A stretch of 62,361 bases of DNA, filler included, from Candidatus Tectimicrobiota bacterium (GTDB lineage Bacteria; JACPSX01), in NCBI GenBank assembly GCA_016193065.1. It is 7 parts of 7 records of this genome, joined end to end, with 100 filler letters (N's around TTAATTAATTAA, not from the genome) between each part and the next. Parts side by side here need not be neighbours in the genome. Positions count along the whole stretch, not along the records: positions 10,052 to 18,266 come from JACPSX010000180.1; positions 18,367 to 28,636 come from JACPSX010000181.1; 5 more parts are not named here. The stretch is one strand, 5' to 3'. The number at the start of each line of letters is the position of its first letter. The first letter of the stretch is position 1. A program made the translations under genes and the position numbers. Positions 10,542 through 19,847 of the stretch are shown here, in pieces. Under the pieces are notes generated by a model. That model made no database searches and had not been told where the DNA came from. It was given only the letters and a program-made list of their open reading frames with translations.

Positions 10542-12143
10542 CTAGGTGCGAGACGGGGCCCCCTGATCGCCGATCTGCGCAAGCGTCACGCCTTGGTAGG
10601 CCGGCACGGACGCGGAGATTTCCTGCCATAGGTCCACGAAGGGTAGGTTTGCCAATTCCTTTCCCATGGCACGGGCCACTTCTTGAAGGACGCTCCCCAG
10701 AGAACGGACACCGGACGGAGGATTGACCGCCTTGCGCAGGCGCTGCAATCGCCCCTGGGCATTCGTAAAGGTCCCATCCATTTCCAGATGCCACGGCAGG
10801 GGGAAAGCAATGGAGGCTGTTTCCGTCGTTGGGGTTCGCAGCAAATCCAGGACGACTAGGTGCTCCAGTCCCTCCAGACCCCCCCTACCCCAGAGAGGCT
10901 CCGCCGACAGGTCTTCCCTGACTACGACCAGACCCTTCAGTGCTCCCGTCCGGATCGCCTCCCGCATCCCTCCTATGTCCAGACCGCCCTCAGCCGGGAC
11001 CAGACCCACAGCCCGGGCCCCATTGCTGTTGGGAGTCCGGTCCGCTCTCAGGAGGAGTTGGTCTTCCTTGAAGTCGCGGCCTTCCTGCTGAACCTCCCGC
11101 AGGCGGAAATCCATGTGCCTGGTGCCGAGAACTTCGCGGGCGAACTTCTTGAGCAGATAGGCTTCCTCATTCGTGCAGCGGCCGGAACCGATCACGCCCA
11201 CGGCCTGCGGGCCGTATCGTGAAATAATCTCCGCAAGGCCTCGCCCACAGGTCAAGACAGCCTCTTCCCAGGAGCACGCCTCACCGCCGCCTCGGCCTTT
11301 GATCCGGGGAGTCAGCAGGCGTCCATCCTTCAGGTCGCGGTCGAATTCGAAGCGTCCCATGTCGCACATCCAGAGGCCGTTTACCTCCTCATTTTCCCGG
11401 GGCTCCACACGGACCACCTCGGGTCTCAACTTGCGGACGCTCACCCTGATGTTGCAGCCCGTACTGCACAGCCCGCAAATCGTGTCCACCTTTTGAATAT
11501 CCCAGGGTCGGGCTCGAAAGCGGTATTCCCGGCTGGTGAGAGCCCCAACCGGGCACAGGTCGATGACATTGCCGGAGTAGTTGTTGTTGAGCTCACGGCC
11601 GGGATGCACCCGGATTTCCGCACGAACCCCACGGTTAAACACTCCCAACTCCCCCGTGCCGACAACCTCCGAGCAGAAGCGCACGCACCGGGTGCAGAGG
11701 ACGCAACGCTCGGCATCAAAGACGATATAGGGACCAATGGGGAGATGTTTCACTTTGACCAGCTTTTCATCCACGAAGCGGCTATGCCCCGGCCCGTATT
11801 TCAGCGTGTAATCCTGCAGCGGGCACTCACCCCCTTTGTCACAAATGGGGCAGTCGAGGGGGTGATTCAGCAGGAAAAACTCCAGGACGGCCTGCCGGGA
11901 CTTTACGACCGCCGGGGTACGGGTTCGGACTTCCATGCCCTCTCTCACGACGGTGGAACAGGCGGCCTGGAGTTTGGGCATCTTGTCAACTTCCACATGG
12001 CACATGCGACAGGTCGCCACCACTCGCAGCTTCTGGTGGAAGCAGTACCGGGGAATCTCAATTCCGGCGTGCTGGGCGGCCTGAATAATGTTAATCCCCT
12101 CCGGAACCGTGATCTCCTTGCCGTCAATGGTCAACTTGGGCAT
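10542..12143 (-). CDS. nuoG: NuoG-like NADH dehydrogenase subunit (short, 533 aa)
   Basis: N1b cysteines, HPLDCPICDKGGECPLQD (N5), RCVLCTRCVRFC (N4), CGLCSTGC...C (N7). Confidence 0.85.
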   Translation of the reverse strand: MPKLTIDGKEITVPEGINIIQAAQHAGIEIPRYCFHQKLRVVATCRMCHVEVDKMPKLQAACSTVVREGMEVRTRTPAVVKSRQAVLEFFLLNHPLDCPICDKGGECPLQDYTLKYGPGHSRFVDEKLVKVKHLPIGPYIVFDAERCVLCTRCVRFCSEVVGTGELGVFNRGVRAEIRVHPGRELNNNYSGNVIDLCPVGALTSREYRFRARPWDIQKVDTICGLCSTGCNIRVSVRKLRPEVVRVEPRENEEVNGLWMCDMGRFEFDRDLKDGRLLTPRIKGRGGGEACSWEEAVLTCGRGLAEIISRYGPQAVGVIGSGRCTNEEAYLLKKFAREVLGTRHMDFRLREVQQEGRDFKEDQLLLRADRTPNSNGARAVGLVPAEGGLDIGGMREAIRTGALKGLVVVREDLSAEPLWGRGGLEGLEHLVVLDLLRTPTTETASIAFPLPWHLEMDGTFTNAQGRLQRLRKAVNPPSGVRSLGSVLQEVARAMGKELANLPFVDLWQEISASVPAYQGVTLAQIGDQGAPSRT

Positions 12144-12294
12144 TCTTTATCTCCTGCATAGAAAATCCCCCGCCTTCTTGCCCTCTGTTCCGGAGAGAGG
12201 GAGGGGATTTTTCCCTTGGATGGCCGAAAATCTATTTCTTCTTCCCGCTGGCCGGGAACTCTCCCGGCATTCCCGAACAATGACAGGGCCCTGC

Positions 12295-12858
12295 TCAAGA
12301 CATCGGGCTCGCAACCAGACCGGAGGAGGATCTGGAGCCTGCATCCTTGCTTGCCGGAAGCTCCCCTTTCGATTTGAGGGGCACCAGCAGACGTTCCTTG
12401 TTATAGATAAAATCCTTGGGGTTCCCCTTGGAGAACTCCATCTGGGGCCCTAGAATAATTGCATCCACAGGGCAAACCTCCTCGCAATAGCCGCAAAAGA
12501 TGCAGCGAAACTCGTTAATCTCATAGATCCGGCAATACCGCTCGCCCGGGGAATAGCGCGCCTCCTCGGTGTTCTCCGCCGCTTCCAGGTAGATACATTG
12601 AGCCGGGCATACGGCCGCGCACAAGCCGCATCCAATACAGCGCTCCAGGCCGTTTTCGTGGCGCTCGAGCCGGTGCAGGCCCCGGGCGCGGGGAACGCTC
12701 GGACGCTTCTCTTCCGGATATTGAATCGTTATGGGCGCGCTGAAAAGGCGCCTCAGCGTCAGCCAAAATCCCTTGGTCAGCTCAATGATCACTTGTGCTC
12801 TCCCCTTCCCGACCACCCGCTCCCGTTCTGCGAGAGGGCATTTCAAGAGGTCCGCCAC
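12295..12858 (-). CDS. nuoI: NADH-quinone oxidoreductase subunit I
   Basis: TIQYPEE and two CxxCxxCxxxCP motifs. Confidence 0.93.
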   Translation of the reverse strand: MADLLKCPLAERERVVGKGRAQVIIELTKGFWLTLRRLFSAPITIQYPEEKRPSVPRARGLHRLERHENGLERCIGCGLCAAVCPAQCIYLEAAENTEEARYSPGERYCRIYEINEFRCIFCGYCEEVCPVDAIILGPQMEFSKGNPKDFIYNKERLLVPLKSKGELPASKDAGSRSSSGLVASPMS

Positions 12859-12861
12859 CGG

Positions 12862-14034
12862 CTAGCGGTCAACCTCCCCCAGAACGAAATCCACACTGCC
12901 CACAATGGCGATGACGTCCGGCACCATCTTCCCTGAAATGAGAAAGGGAATCGCCTGGACGTTGAGAAAGGAAGGAGGACGCACGCGGACCCGCCAGGGC
13001 ATGTTGGAACCATTGCTGACGATATAGTAGCCCATTTCTCCCCGCGGGCCCTCGACGCTGAAGTAGACTTCCCCCGCAGGCGGAGAAAATCCCTCCGTCG
13101 CCAGTTTGAAGTGATGAATCAGGTCCTCCATGCTCTCCTTGATCCTTTCCTTTTCAGGAAAGACCACCTTGGGATTGTCGCTCCGCACCGGCCCTGCAGG
13201 CAGAACCCGCACGGCCTGGTCAATGAGGCGGGTGCTCTCCCGCATCTCGATCATGCGGACGAGGTAGCGGTCATAGGTGTCTCCCACTTCCCCCACAGGG
13301 ACGCGGAAATCAAACTGGTCATAGAGAAGATAGGGCGACTGCTTCCTGATGTCCCAGTTGACGCCGGAGGCGCGCAAATTGGGCCCGCTCAGACTGTACC
13401 TCAGGGCATCGGCACCGGACAGCACCCCCACCCCTTTGGTGCGCTTGAGCCAGATCGGGTTCTTGGTGAGGAGGGTCTCGTATTCATCCACCCGGGCCGG
13501 GAACTCCCGGATGAACTCCGCCAGCTTTTCAATCCAGCCTGCGGGCAGGTCGGCCATGAGGCCGCCGATGCGGCTATAGCTGGTCATCATGCGCACCCCG
13601 GAAGCCATCTCGAACAGGTCCAGAATCTTTTCCCGTTCGCTGAAAGCGTACAGGAAAGGGGTTGCAGCCCCCAATTCCAGCGCCTGGGTGGCCAGCCAGA
13701 CCAGATGGCTGCCGATCCGGTTGAGCTCCGCCCAGATGACCCGGATGCACTGGGCCCGGGGGGGAACCTCCAGCCCCAGGAGCTTCTCCACAGCCATGGT
13801 GAAGGCCAGATTGTTGGAGACGGTGGACAGGTAGTCCATGCGATCCGTATAGGGAATGCACTGGTGGTAGGTCTTATACTCCATGTTCTTCTCAAAGCCG
13901 GTATGGAGGTAGCCGATGTGCGGCGTCGCCTTGACGACTATTTCGCCGTCCAGTTCCAGCTCGAGCCTCAGCACACCGTGGGTACTCGGGTGCTGGGGCC
14001 CCATGTTCAGGATCATGGTGTCGGTTTGTGCCAT
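12862..14034 (-). CDS. nuoD: NADH-quinone oxidoreductase subunit D
   Basis: NMGPQHPSTHGVLR, YTDRMDY, C-terminal GEVDR; no NiFe CxxC motifs. Confidence 0.95.
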   Translation of the reverse strand: MAQTDTMILNMGPQHPSTHGVLRLELELDGEIVVKATPHIGYLHTGFEKNMEYKTYHQCIPYTDRMDYLSTVSNNLAFTMAVEKLLGLEVPPRAQCIRVIWAELNRIGSHLVWLATQALELGAATPFLYAFSEREKILDLFEMASGVRMMTSYSRIGGLMADLPAGWIEKLAEFIREFPARVDEYETLLTKNPIWLKRTKGVGVLSGADALRYSLSGPNLRASGVNWDIRKQSPYLLYDQFDFRVPVGEVGDTYDRYLVRMIEMRESTRLIDQAVRVLPAGPVRSDNPKVVFPEKERIKESMEDLIHHFKLATEGFSPPAGEVYFSVEGPRGEMGYYIVSNGSNMPWRVRVRPPSFLNVQAIPFLISGKMVPDVIAIVGSVDFVLGEVDR

Positions 14035-14062
14035 AATTGCCCCTTGACTCAAGGAAGAATCG

Positions 14063-14596
14063 TCAGCCCGCCTTTCTTCCGGACGGGTCGATCCCGGCAG
14101 AGGCGGCGCTAGAGCGCAACACCCTCTCCTTTTCGATCTTCTCCTGCAGCCTTAGAATTCCCTCCATCAGAGCTTCAGGTCGCGGAGGACACCCCGGAAC
14201 ATAGATATCCACGGGAACGATCTGATCGACGCCCTGAACGATGGCGTAGTTGTCGAACATCCCGCCCGTGGAGGCGCACGCCCCCATGGAGATCACCCAC
14301 TTGGGGTTGGGCATCTGGTCGTAGATCCGCCGCAGCACCGGCGCCATTTTCACGGAAACCCGACCCGCCACAATCATGAGGTCGGCCTGGCGCGGCGAGC
14401 CTCTGAAAACTTCCGCTCCAAAGCGGGCCAGATCGTAGCGGGAAGTGCTCGTGGCCATCATCTCGATGGCGCAGCAGGCCAGGCCGAACATGGCCGGCCA
14501 CAGGGAATTTTTCCGTGACCAGTTGATGAGATCATCAACCCGGGTCAAAAAGACGTCCTTAAAAACATGGTCTCCACTTGCCTCATCTCTTCCCAT
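14063..14596 (-). CDS. nuoB: NADH-quinone oxidoreductase subunit B
   Basis: [24 protein letters not shown]. Confidence 0.95.
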   Translation of the reverse strand: MGRDEASGDHVFKDVFLTRVDDLINWSRKNSLWPAMFGLACCAIEMMATSTSRYDLARFGAEVFRGSPRQADLMIVAGRVSVKMAPVLRRIYDQMPNPKWVISMGACASTGGMFDNYAIVQGVDQIVPVDIYVPGCPPRPEALMEGILRLQEKIEKERVLRSSAASAGIDPSGRKAG

Positions 14597-14628
14597 GATC
14601 GCTCCCCAAAGATCAGCTCGATCGTCTC

Positions 14629-15948
14629 TCAGTTCTGCAACGGAGCGAGATCCGACAAGCCATAGGCTCTGGCCAACAATTCCACCACATGATAGACCGG
14701 GATCCCCGGGCCGAACTTTCGGGTCCCGCCTTCAAGCTGTATGTGGCACCCCGGGTTCGCCGTTACAATCGCCTGCGCCCCCGTGGCGGCTACAGCCCCC
14801 ATTTTGCTTTTCAGGAGGCGCATGGACATTTCAAACTCCGTGATTGTATACGTTCCTGCGCTTCCGCAGCAACGATCCGAATCGGGCATTTCCACCAATT
14901 CGACTCCAGGAATGGACGCCAACAGCAGCCGGGGTTCCCGGCGGATGCCCTGAACGTGCGCCAGATGACAGGGATCCTGGTAAGTGACCCTTAAGGGTAG
15001 ACGCACGGAGGGCCGGGGCAAATCCCGACGTCCCAGAAACTCGCTGATGTCCTTGACCCGGCTGCTGAAGCTGACAGCCGCAGGCGCATGATCCAGGAGG
15101 TCTCCGTACCCTTTGAGGACAGCTCCACAGCCCGCGGCCGTGACCAGGATCTCCCGGGAGCCTATTTCAGCAAAAACCTCAACGTTCCTGCTGGCCAGGG
15201 CGCGGGCACCCTCCCGATCTCCGTTGTGCAACTGCAAGGCACCGCAACAGACCTGGCGGGCCGGAGTTTGGACCTGAAAACCGTGATGAACCAGGACCCG
15301 TGCCGCCAGACGATTGACCCGTCCAAACAGGGTTGACCCCACACAACCCGCAAAGAGGCTGACCTCCCCCGCCTGTTCCGCAGGACCTAGAATTTCCGGC
15401 ATGGATCTGCGTTCACGCCGGGCCGGCACGGCGGGGAGCATCTCCTCCAACCCCCGGATCTTCTCAGGAAAATACCGCGAGACTCCGGACCTCCTGACAG
15501 CTTTCTGAATCCCCGTGACCTGGTAGAACCGGATTACCTGGCATAGCCAATCGAAAAGCCGGGTGTGAGCAAACAAAGCCCGAAACACCCACTTCGACTT
15601 CCTGACACCGCCCAGATTCCCTCTGCGCTCCAACAACTGAACCCGTGTCCTCTCCAGGAGACTGCCGTAAGGTACCCCCGATGGGCAGGCAGGCTCGCAG
15701 GCCCGGCATCCCAGGCACAGATCAATATGACGCAGGACCCGGGGCGAGAGATCAATCCGCCCTTCCGCTGCCGCCCGCATGAGGGAAATGCGGCCCCGGG
15801 GCGAATCCATTTCGGTCCCGAGCTCCCGGTACGTCGGGCAGGCGGGAAGGCACAGCCCACAATGAACGCAGGTGAGAAGCCCGCGGTAGTAGTCCGTACG
15901 TGAGTCTTCCCCGCGCCGGAATTCCACTTCAGTTGCGGCCTTGGCCAT
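14629..15948 (-). CDS. glcF: GlcF-like 4Fe-4S/CCG-domain oxidoreductase subunit
   Basis: [20 protein letters not shown], two CCG motifs, DPCHLAH, ANPGC. Confidence 0.85.
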   Translation of the reverse strand: MAKAATEVEFRRGEDSRTDYYRGLLTCVHCGLCLPACPTYRELGTEMDSPRGRISLMRAAAEGRIDLSPRVLRHIDLCLGCRACEPACPSGVPYGSLLERTRVQLLERRGNLGGVRKSKWVFRALFAHTRLFDWLCQVIRFYQVTGIQKAVRRSGVSRYFPEKIRGLEEMLPAVPARRERRSMPEILGPAEQAGEVSLFAGCVGSTLFGRVNRLAARVLVHHGFQVQTPARQVCCGALQLHNGDREGARALASRNVEVFAEIGSREILVTAAGCGAVLKGYGDLLDHAPAAVSFSSRVKDISEFLGRRDLPRPSVRLPLRVTYQDPCHLAHVQGIRREPRLLLASIPGVELVEMPDSDRCCGSAGTYTITEFEMSMRLLKSKMGAVAATGAQAIVTANPGCHIQLEGGTRKFGPGIPVYHVVELLARAYGLSDLAPLQN

Positions 15949-16005
15949 GCCCTCCTCGCAAAGAACGCCAGGGAGCGGACTCCTGGGTATCCACCCGTGT
16001 ACCGA

Positions 16006-17229
16006 TCACGCCGGGGACTCGAATCCCCGCAGCGCAACACCCGCGAAGCGCGGGTACCCACCCATGGAGCGCTCCAGCAGCGAAACCCAGAACCGATCTC
16101 CCATGCCGCCCGGCAGTGTCAAAGTCTTGAGAGCCAGGCGCTCGGGCAGCCCCACGGACGGGTCCCGGGAATCATACCTTCTCATCGCCCGCTCCACAAT
16201 CCCCAGGTTGAAAAGAAACTTCCGTTGAGAAACCAGGCCCTGCGCGGCGAAGCCGAGCTTTTTGGCAGTAAGGAGCAGACTGTGGAAATCCACATGGGTC
16301 GTCATATCCTGTTCCCCGAGCCAAATGTAGGGGTTATGATGAGCTGTCTGCCGGAAGTGGCAGGACAGCGTATCGGCCAGCAGCGGAGATCCCCAGATGC
16401 CGTAATCCAGAATGAGGATGTAGCCTTGCTGCAGCCGATCGGAAAGTTCCTGGAGCCAGCGGGCCGCCGCCAGGTTAATCTCCAGGGCGGTTCCCGTTGC
16501 CATCGGCCCCTGCACGGGCGCAAGCCGACAGTATTCCCAAAGGTCGGGAGAAGAGAGCGGCCCTACGACTTCCGTAAAGGAGCCCTCCCGGTAATCGACA
16601 TAAATCTCTCCCCAGTCCTGACCGTTGTAGACGACCCGGTGGACAGGCAATGCATCCAGGAACTCCTGGGCCAGAACACACCCTCCGAAAGGCTCCGAGT
16701 TCCGCATCCACTCTGCGGGCGCAAACCAGCACAGGCGGTTCCGAAATTCCGGCATGAACCGGTCCACTTCCTCCCGGAAGGAAGATGGGGGCCGGCCAAC
16801 TTCCACAATCCCGTAGTGGGTACGATCGTAAACCGGCGGGAATTCTCCTTTGAGGCACTTNNNNNNNNNNNNNNNNNNNNNNNNNNNNAGGCACTTCAGG
16901 ATATCCAGGCAGAGAGCCCCCTTCCCAGCGCCAAATTCCATGATTTGAAAACGGTCCGTTCCGATCCTCTCGGCCATCTCGGCAATCTGAACGGCCAGAC
17001 ATTGCCCAAAGAGCGGATGCACGGACACACTCGTGATGAAATCGCCATCGCGGCCAACCGTGGGGTGCTCCCTCGTATAGTAACCCCAGGAAGGATTGTA
17101 GAGGACAGTTTCCATAAACTCAGAAAAGGGGATCGGTCCCTTTTCCCGGATGCGTGCGGCCAGCCACTGCTCGGGTGCGGACAGGGCCTGATCCCTCACC
17201 ATCGAAGCACTCCTCAAGAAAGGGGACAT
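16006..17229 (-). CDS. MidA/NDUFAF7-family SAM-dependent methyltransferase (internal N gap)
   Basis: GPIPFSEFM..LY..GYY, GDFITS, EFGAGKG, EFLDALP, DYG, QDMTTHVDF. Confidence 0.88.
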   Translation of the reverse strand: MSPFLRSASMVRDQALSAPEQWLAARIREKGPIPFSEFMETVLYNPSWGYYTREHPTVGRDGDFITSVSVHPLFGQCLAVQIAEMAERIGTDRFQIMEFGAGKGALCLDILKCXXXXXXXXXXKCLKGEFPPVYDRTHYGIVEVGRPPSSFREEVDRFMPEFRNRLCWFAPAEWMRNSEPFGGCVLAQEFLDALPVHRVVYNGQDWGEIYVDYREGSFTEVVGPLSSPDLWEYCRLAPVQGPMATGTALEINLAAARWLQELSDRLQQGYILILDYGIWGSPLLADTLSCHFRQTAHHNPYIWLGEQDMTTHVDFHSLLLTAKKLGFAAQGLVSQRKFLFNLGIVERAMRRYDSRDPSVGLPERLALKTLTLPGGMGDRFWVSLLERSMGGYPRFAGVALRGFESPA

Positions 17230-17311
17230 GGCGGCCTATACTATCGCAGGTGAGAACCCAATGCAAACAGCGGCCCGAACTCTATCGGGCCTCCCCTGCC
17301 CCACTGCGAAC

Positions 17312-17863
17312 TTATTTCAGGAATTTCGACACGAAAGGTGAGTTCTCCCCGCGACGTATGAAGTGGCCTGAGGGACCCTCGCCCAGGAATTCGGAGAACC
17401 AGGCTTCGTGCTCGACTTCCTCATGGAGGATCGCCAGAGCCAAATCGTAGGTCCGATGATCCTTGCCAGCAGTCATATTGCAGACGGTCGTATACCCCCT
17501 CACCGCGCATCTCTCCGCTTCCACGAGCACCTTAAGCATTGCCTGGATGTCCCTTGGATCCTTTGGTAGGGTAGCCGGCGGACAGGCCGAGGTATCATGG
17601 AAGGCCTTCATGTCCTCGGGGAGTTTGCCGCCGAGTTCGTAGATGCGAGGCAGCAGGGCCTCGAAGTGATTGCGGTCTTCGATGCGGGCGTCTTCGGTAA
17701 TCTGCTTGAGGCCTTCCCCCTCCAGCCCGATCAGGTTCGCCCGCAGGATCGTGTAGTAGTAATAGGTGGTGAGTTCGGCGGCCGCATTGTCGACCAACAG
17801 TTTCAGAAGCTGTTCAACGTTGACTCCCGCCTTCTCCACCATCTCTCGCGCTACCTTGGCCAT
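17312..17863 (-). CDS. DPS-like ferritin-superfamily protein (DPSL/thioferritin type)
   Basis: AELTTYYYYT, EDRNHFE, EEVEHE di-iron ligands; cysteine pair in ACPP and ERCA. Confidence 0.88.
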   Translation of the reverse strand: MAKVAREMVEKAGVNVEQLLKLLVDNAAAELTTYYYYTILRANLIGLEGEGLKQITEDARIEDRNHFEALLPRIYELGGKLPEDMKAFHDTSACPPATLPKDPRDIQAMLKVLVEAERCAVRGYTTVCNMTAGKDHRTYDLALAILHEEVEHEAWFSEFLGEGPSGHFIRRGENSPFVSKFLK

Positions 17864-18106
17864 GATCTTTCTCCTCTCTTGAAAGGGTTGTCTCTCTCTG
17901 AAGTGAACACACCTTTCGTCCTTTACTAATACCGCATGGCGTCATCACCTCACTAGCCCGGCGCTGGCGCCGGCGTGGAACTAAGGGGATCTAGCGGATC
18001 AAGGCCGAAAGCGGAAAAAACGCTGGTGCAGCAATCAAGCGGTATCCGTAGAAATTCCTCCGTAGACGACGCCCCCCATGCGACAGGGAGCACCGGGAAC
18101 GCAGAT

Positions 18107-18144
18107 AAAAAAGGGGCTGGGCCCCCCTCCGTGCCCAGCCCCTT
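18107..18144 (-). terminator. Rho-independent terminator
   Basis: 12-bp stem AAGGGGCTGGGC/GCCCAGCCCCTT followed by a U-run on the minus strand, downstream of the rubrerythrin. Confidence 0.8.
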
Positions 18145-18195
18145 CTCCCCTCGCCGAAAGACCGCCTGTTTGGCGCGTCTGAAGCCTTCCGATTC

Positions 18196-18266
18196 CTAGG
18201 CGGATTTCAAGGATTCCAGGGCTTTGCTGAAGCGCCCGGCATGGGACTTCTCGGCCCGCGCCAGGG
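18196..18266 (-). CDS. C-terminus of a short rubrerythrin (partial)
   Basis: LARAEKSHAGRFSKALESLKSA* (ExxH motif). Confidence 0.7.
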
Positions 18267-18366
18267 NNNNNNNNNNNNNNNNNNNNNNNNNNNNNNNNNN
18301 NNNNNNNNNNTTAATTAATTAANNNNNNNNNNNNNNNNNNNNNNNNNNNNNNNNNNNNNNNNNNNN
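18267..18366. other. Artificial scaffold spacer
   Basis: N-TTAATTAATTAA-N. Confidence 0.98.
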
Positions 18367-18436
18367 ACAAACTGTCCTCTTCCACACTGAGGTCAAACCG
18401 CTTGCCGTTGATGCTCAGGCGAAGTGGGATGGGCAT
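18367..18436 (-). CDS. N-terminus of a probable (2Fe-2S) CoxS/Xdh small-subunit-like protein (partial)
   Basis: MPIPLRLSINGKRFDLSVEEDSL with a GGAG SD; only 23 codons are visible. Confidence 0.45.
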
Positions 18437-18466
18437 GATGGGACGTCTCCATTGTGATGGGCAAGT

Positions 18467-19759
18467 TCAAACATCGGCGCCGACCGCGGCGACCTGAACG
18501 GGCGAGGTCGTTTCCTTCAATGGGGCGCGGGGCCCTTTGAGAAAGGCCAGATGGGCGGCAAATCCGATGGCCATCAGTCCCAGGGCCGTGCTGACCATAA
18601 AGGCCAAAAAGTAGCTCCCCGAAAGATCGAAGATGTAGCCCCCGACGATTCCCCCTGACCCCATCCCCAGGCTGGTCGCAAAAGAGTGCATCCCGTAAAC
18701 GGTGCCGAAGCGGTTCAGCCCGAAGAGCTCCCGGGTCACGACGGCGTACTGGGGAAGCACGCCCCCGTAAGCCAGCCCGAAGCCCACTGCGAAGACGTAG
18801 AAGGCCCCCAGGCTTTCGGCAAAAGCCACAACGAACATCATCATGGTCTGCAGGATGATGCAACAGAGCACGGTTTTCCTGGGACCGATCCGGTCGGAGA
18901 CGACTCCCCAGAGGAGCCGGCCGATCGCGGCCGAGATTCCGATGACGCCCAGGACACTGGCCGCTTTCAAATCCGGGATCCCCCGGTCCGAGGCGTAGGC
19001 GACGATGTGGGCCAGGGGGAGAGAGTGACTCACGCAACAGGCCAGCCCGGTAATGATGAAGATCCAGAAGACCCGGTTCCTGAGGGCTGCCGCCATCGTC
19101 CACTCTTCCTGCGCCGAGCCCAGGATTCCACGGGCGTCGGTGTCGATAGGGTTCTGTGCGGTGGGTTTTCCGGCGGGTTCGACTTCCCCGGGCTTCGGCT
19201 TGCGGATGATCAGGGCGGCCGGCACCAGGATGAGCCAGATGAGGAGGCCCATGACGAGAAACGCCGCTCTCCAGTCCGCGGCCGAGATTAAGTAGCGCGC
19301 CAGAGAGGGGAACAATAACGTCCCCACCCCGGTTCCGGACAGGGCGATCCCCACCGCCAGGCCCCTGCGCCGGTTGAAAAACTGGAAAACCGCGGACAGC
19401 AGAGGAGCCCTGGCTGCGGCCCTTCCGATCCCGCCGAGGACACCGAAGTAGAGGTAGAACTCCCACAGGCTCTGGATGCGGCCGGAGAGAAAGATTCCCA
19501 GACCGAAGACGAGCCCGGAGAACACCAGCACCTTGCGGGTTCCGATCCGGTCCGAAAGCCAGCCGAGGTAGATCGCGGCGAATCCCGAGACCCACCACAG
19601 GAGCGTGTAGGCGAAGGCCGTGGCCCCCCGGCTCCACTGGAACTGCTCCGACAGCGGCTTCAGGAAGACGCCGAAGCTGAAATGTCCTCCCGAGTAGGCC
19701 ATCTGCATGAGGAACGTCAAGGCCAGAACGATCCAGGCCATGGGCAGGCGGTTTTTCAT
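18467..19759 (-). CDS. MFS transporter (OFA/MCT-like)
   Basis: 12 TM segments, GWLSDRIGTR and GVVSDRIGPR motifs. Start at MKNRL. Confidence 0.9.
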   Translation of the reverse strand: MKNRLPMAWIVLALTFLMQMAYSGGHFSFGVFLKPLSEQFQWSRGATAFAYTLLWWVSGFAAIYLGWLSDRIGTRKVLVFSGLVFGLGIFLSGRIQSLWEFYLYFGVLGGIGRAAARAPLLSAVFQFFNRRRGLAVGIALSGTGVGTLLFPSLARYLISAADWRAAFLVMGLLIWLILVPAALIIRKPKPGEVEPAGKPTAQNPIDTDARGILGSAQEEWTMAAALRNRVFWIFIITGLACCVSHSLPLAHIVAYASDRGIPDLKAASVLGVIGISAAIGRLLWGVVSDRIGPRKTVLCCIILQTMMMFVVAFAESLGAFYVFAVGFGLAYGGVLPQYAVVTRELFGLNRFGTVYGMHSFATSLGMGSGGIVGGYIFDLSGSYFLAFMVSTALGLMAIGFAAHLAFLKGPRAPLKETTSPVQVAAVGADV

Positions 19760-19847
19760 ACGGGTCCTTCCCTGATCATTTCTGGTTTCACACGCTTCTG
19801 TCCACCCGCTGCCACCGGAAGTCGTCCGAGTCTCCCTTGGGGAATGT

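Noticed and set aside
10076-10794. ORFs across repeat copy A
   Set aside because: They translate a non-coding repeat and show no protein features.
12862-14596. Group 4 NiFe hydrogenase
   Set aside because: The large subunit lacks CxxC motifs and has the NuoD quinone-site His/Tyr residues.
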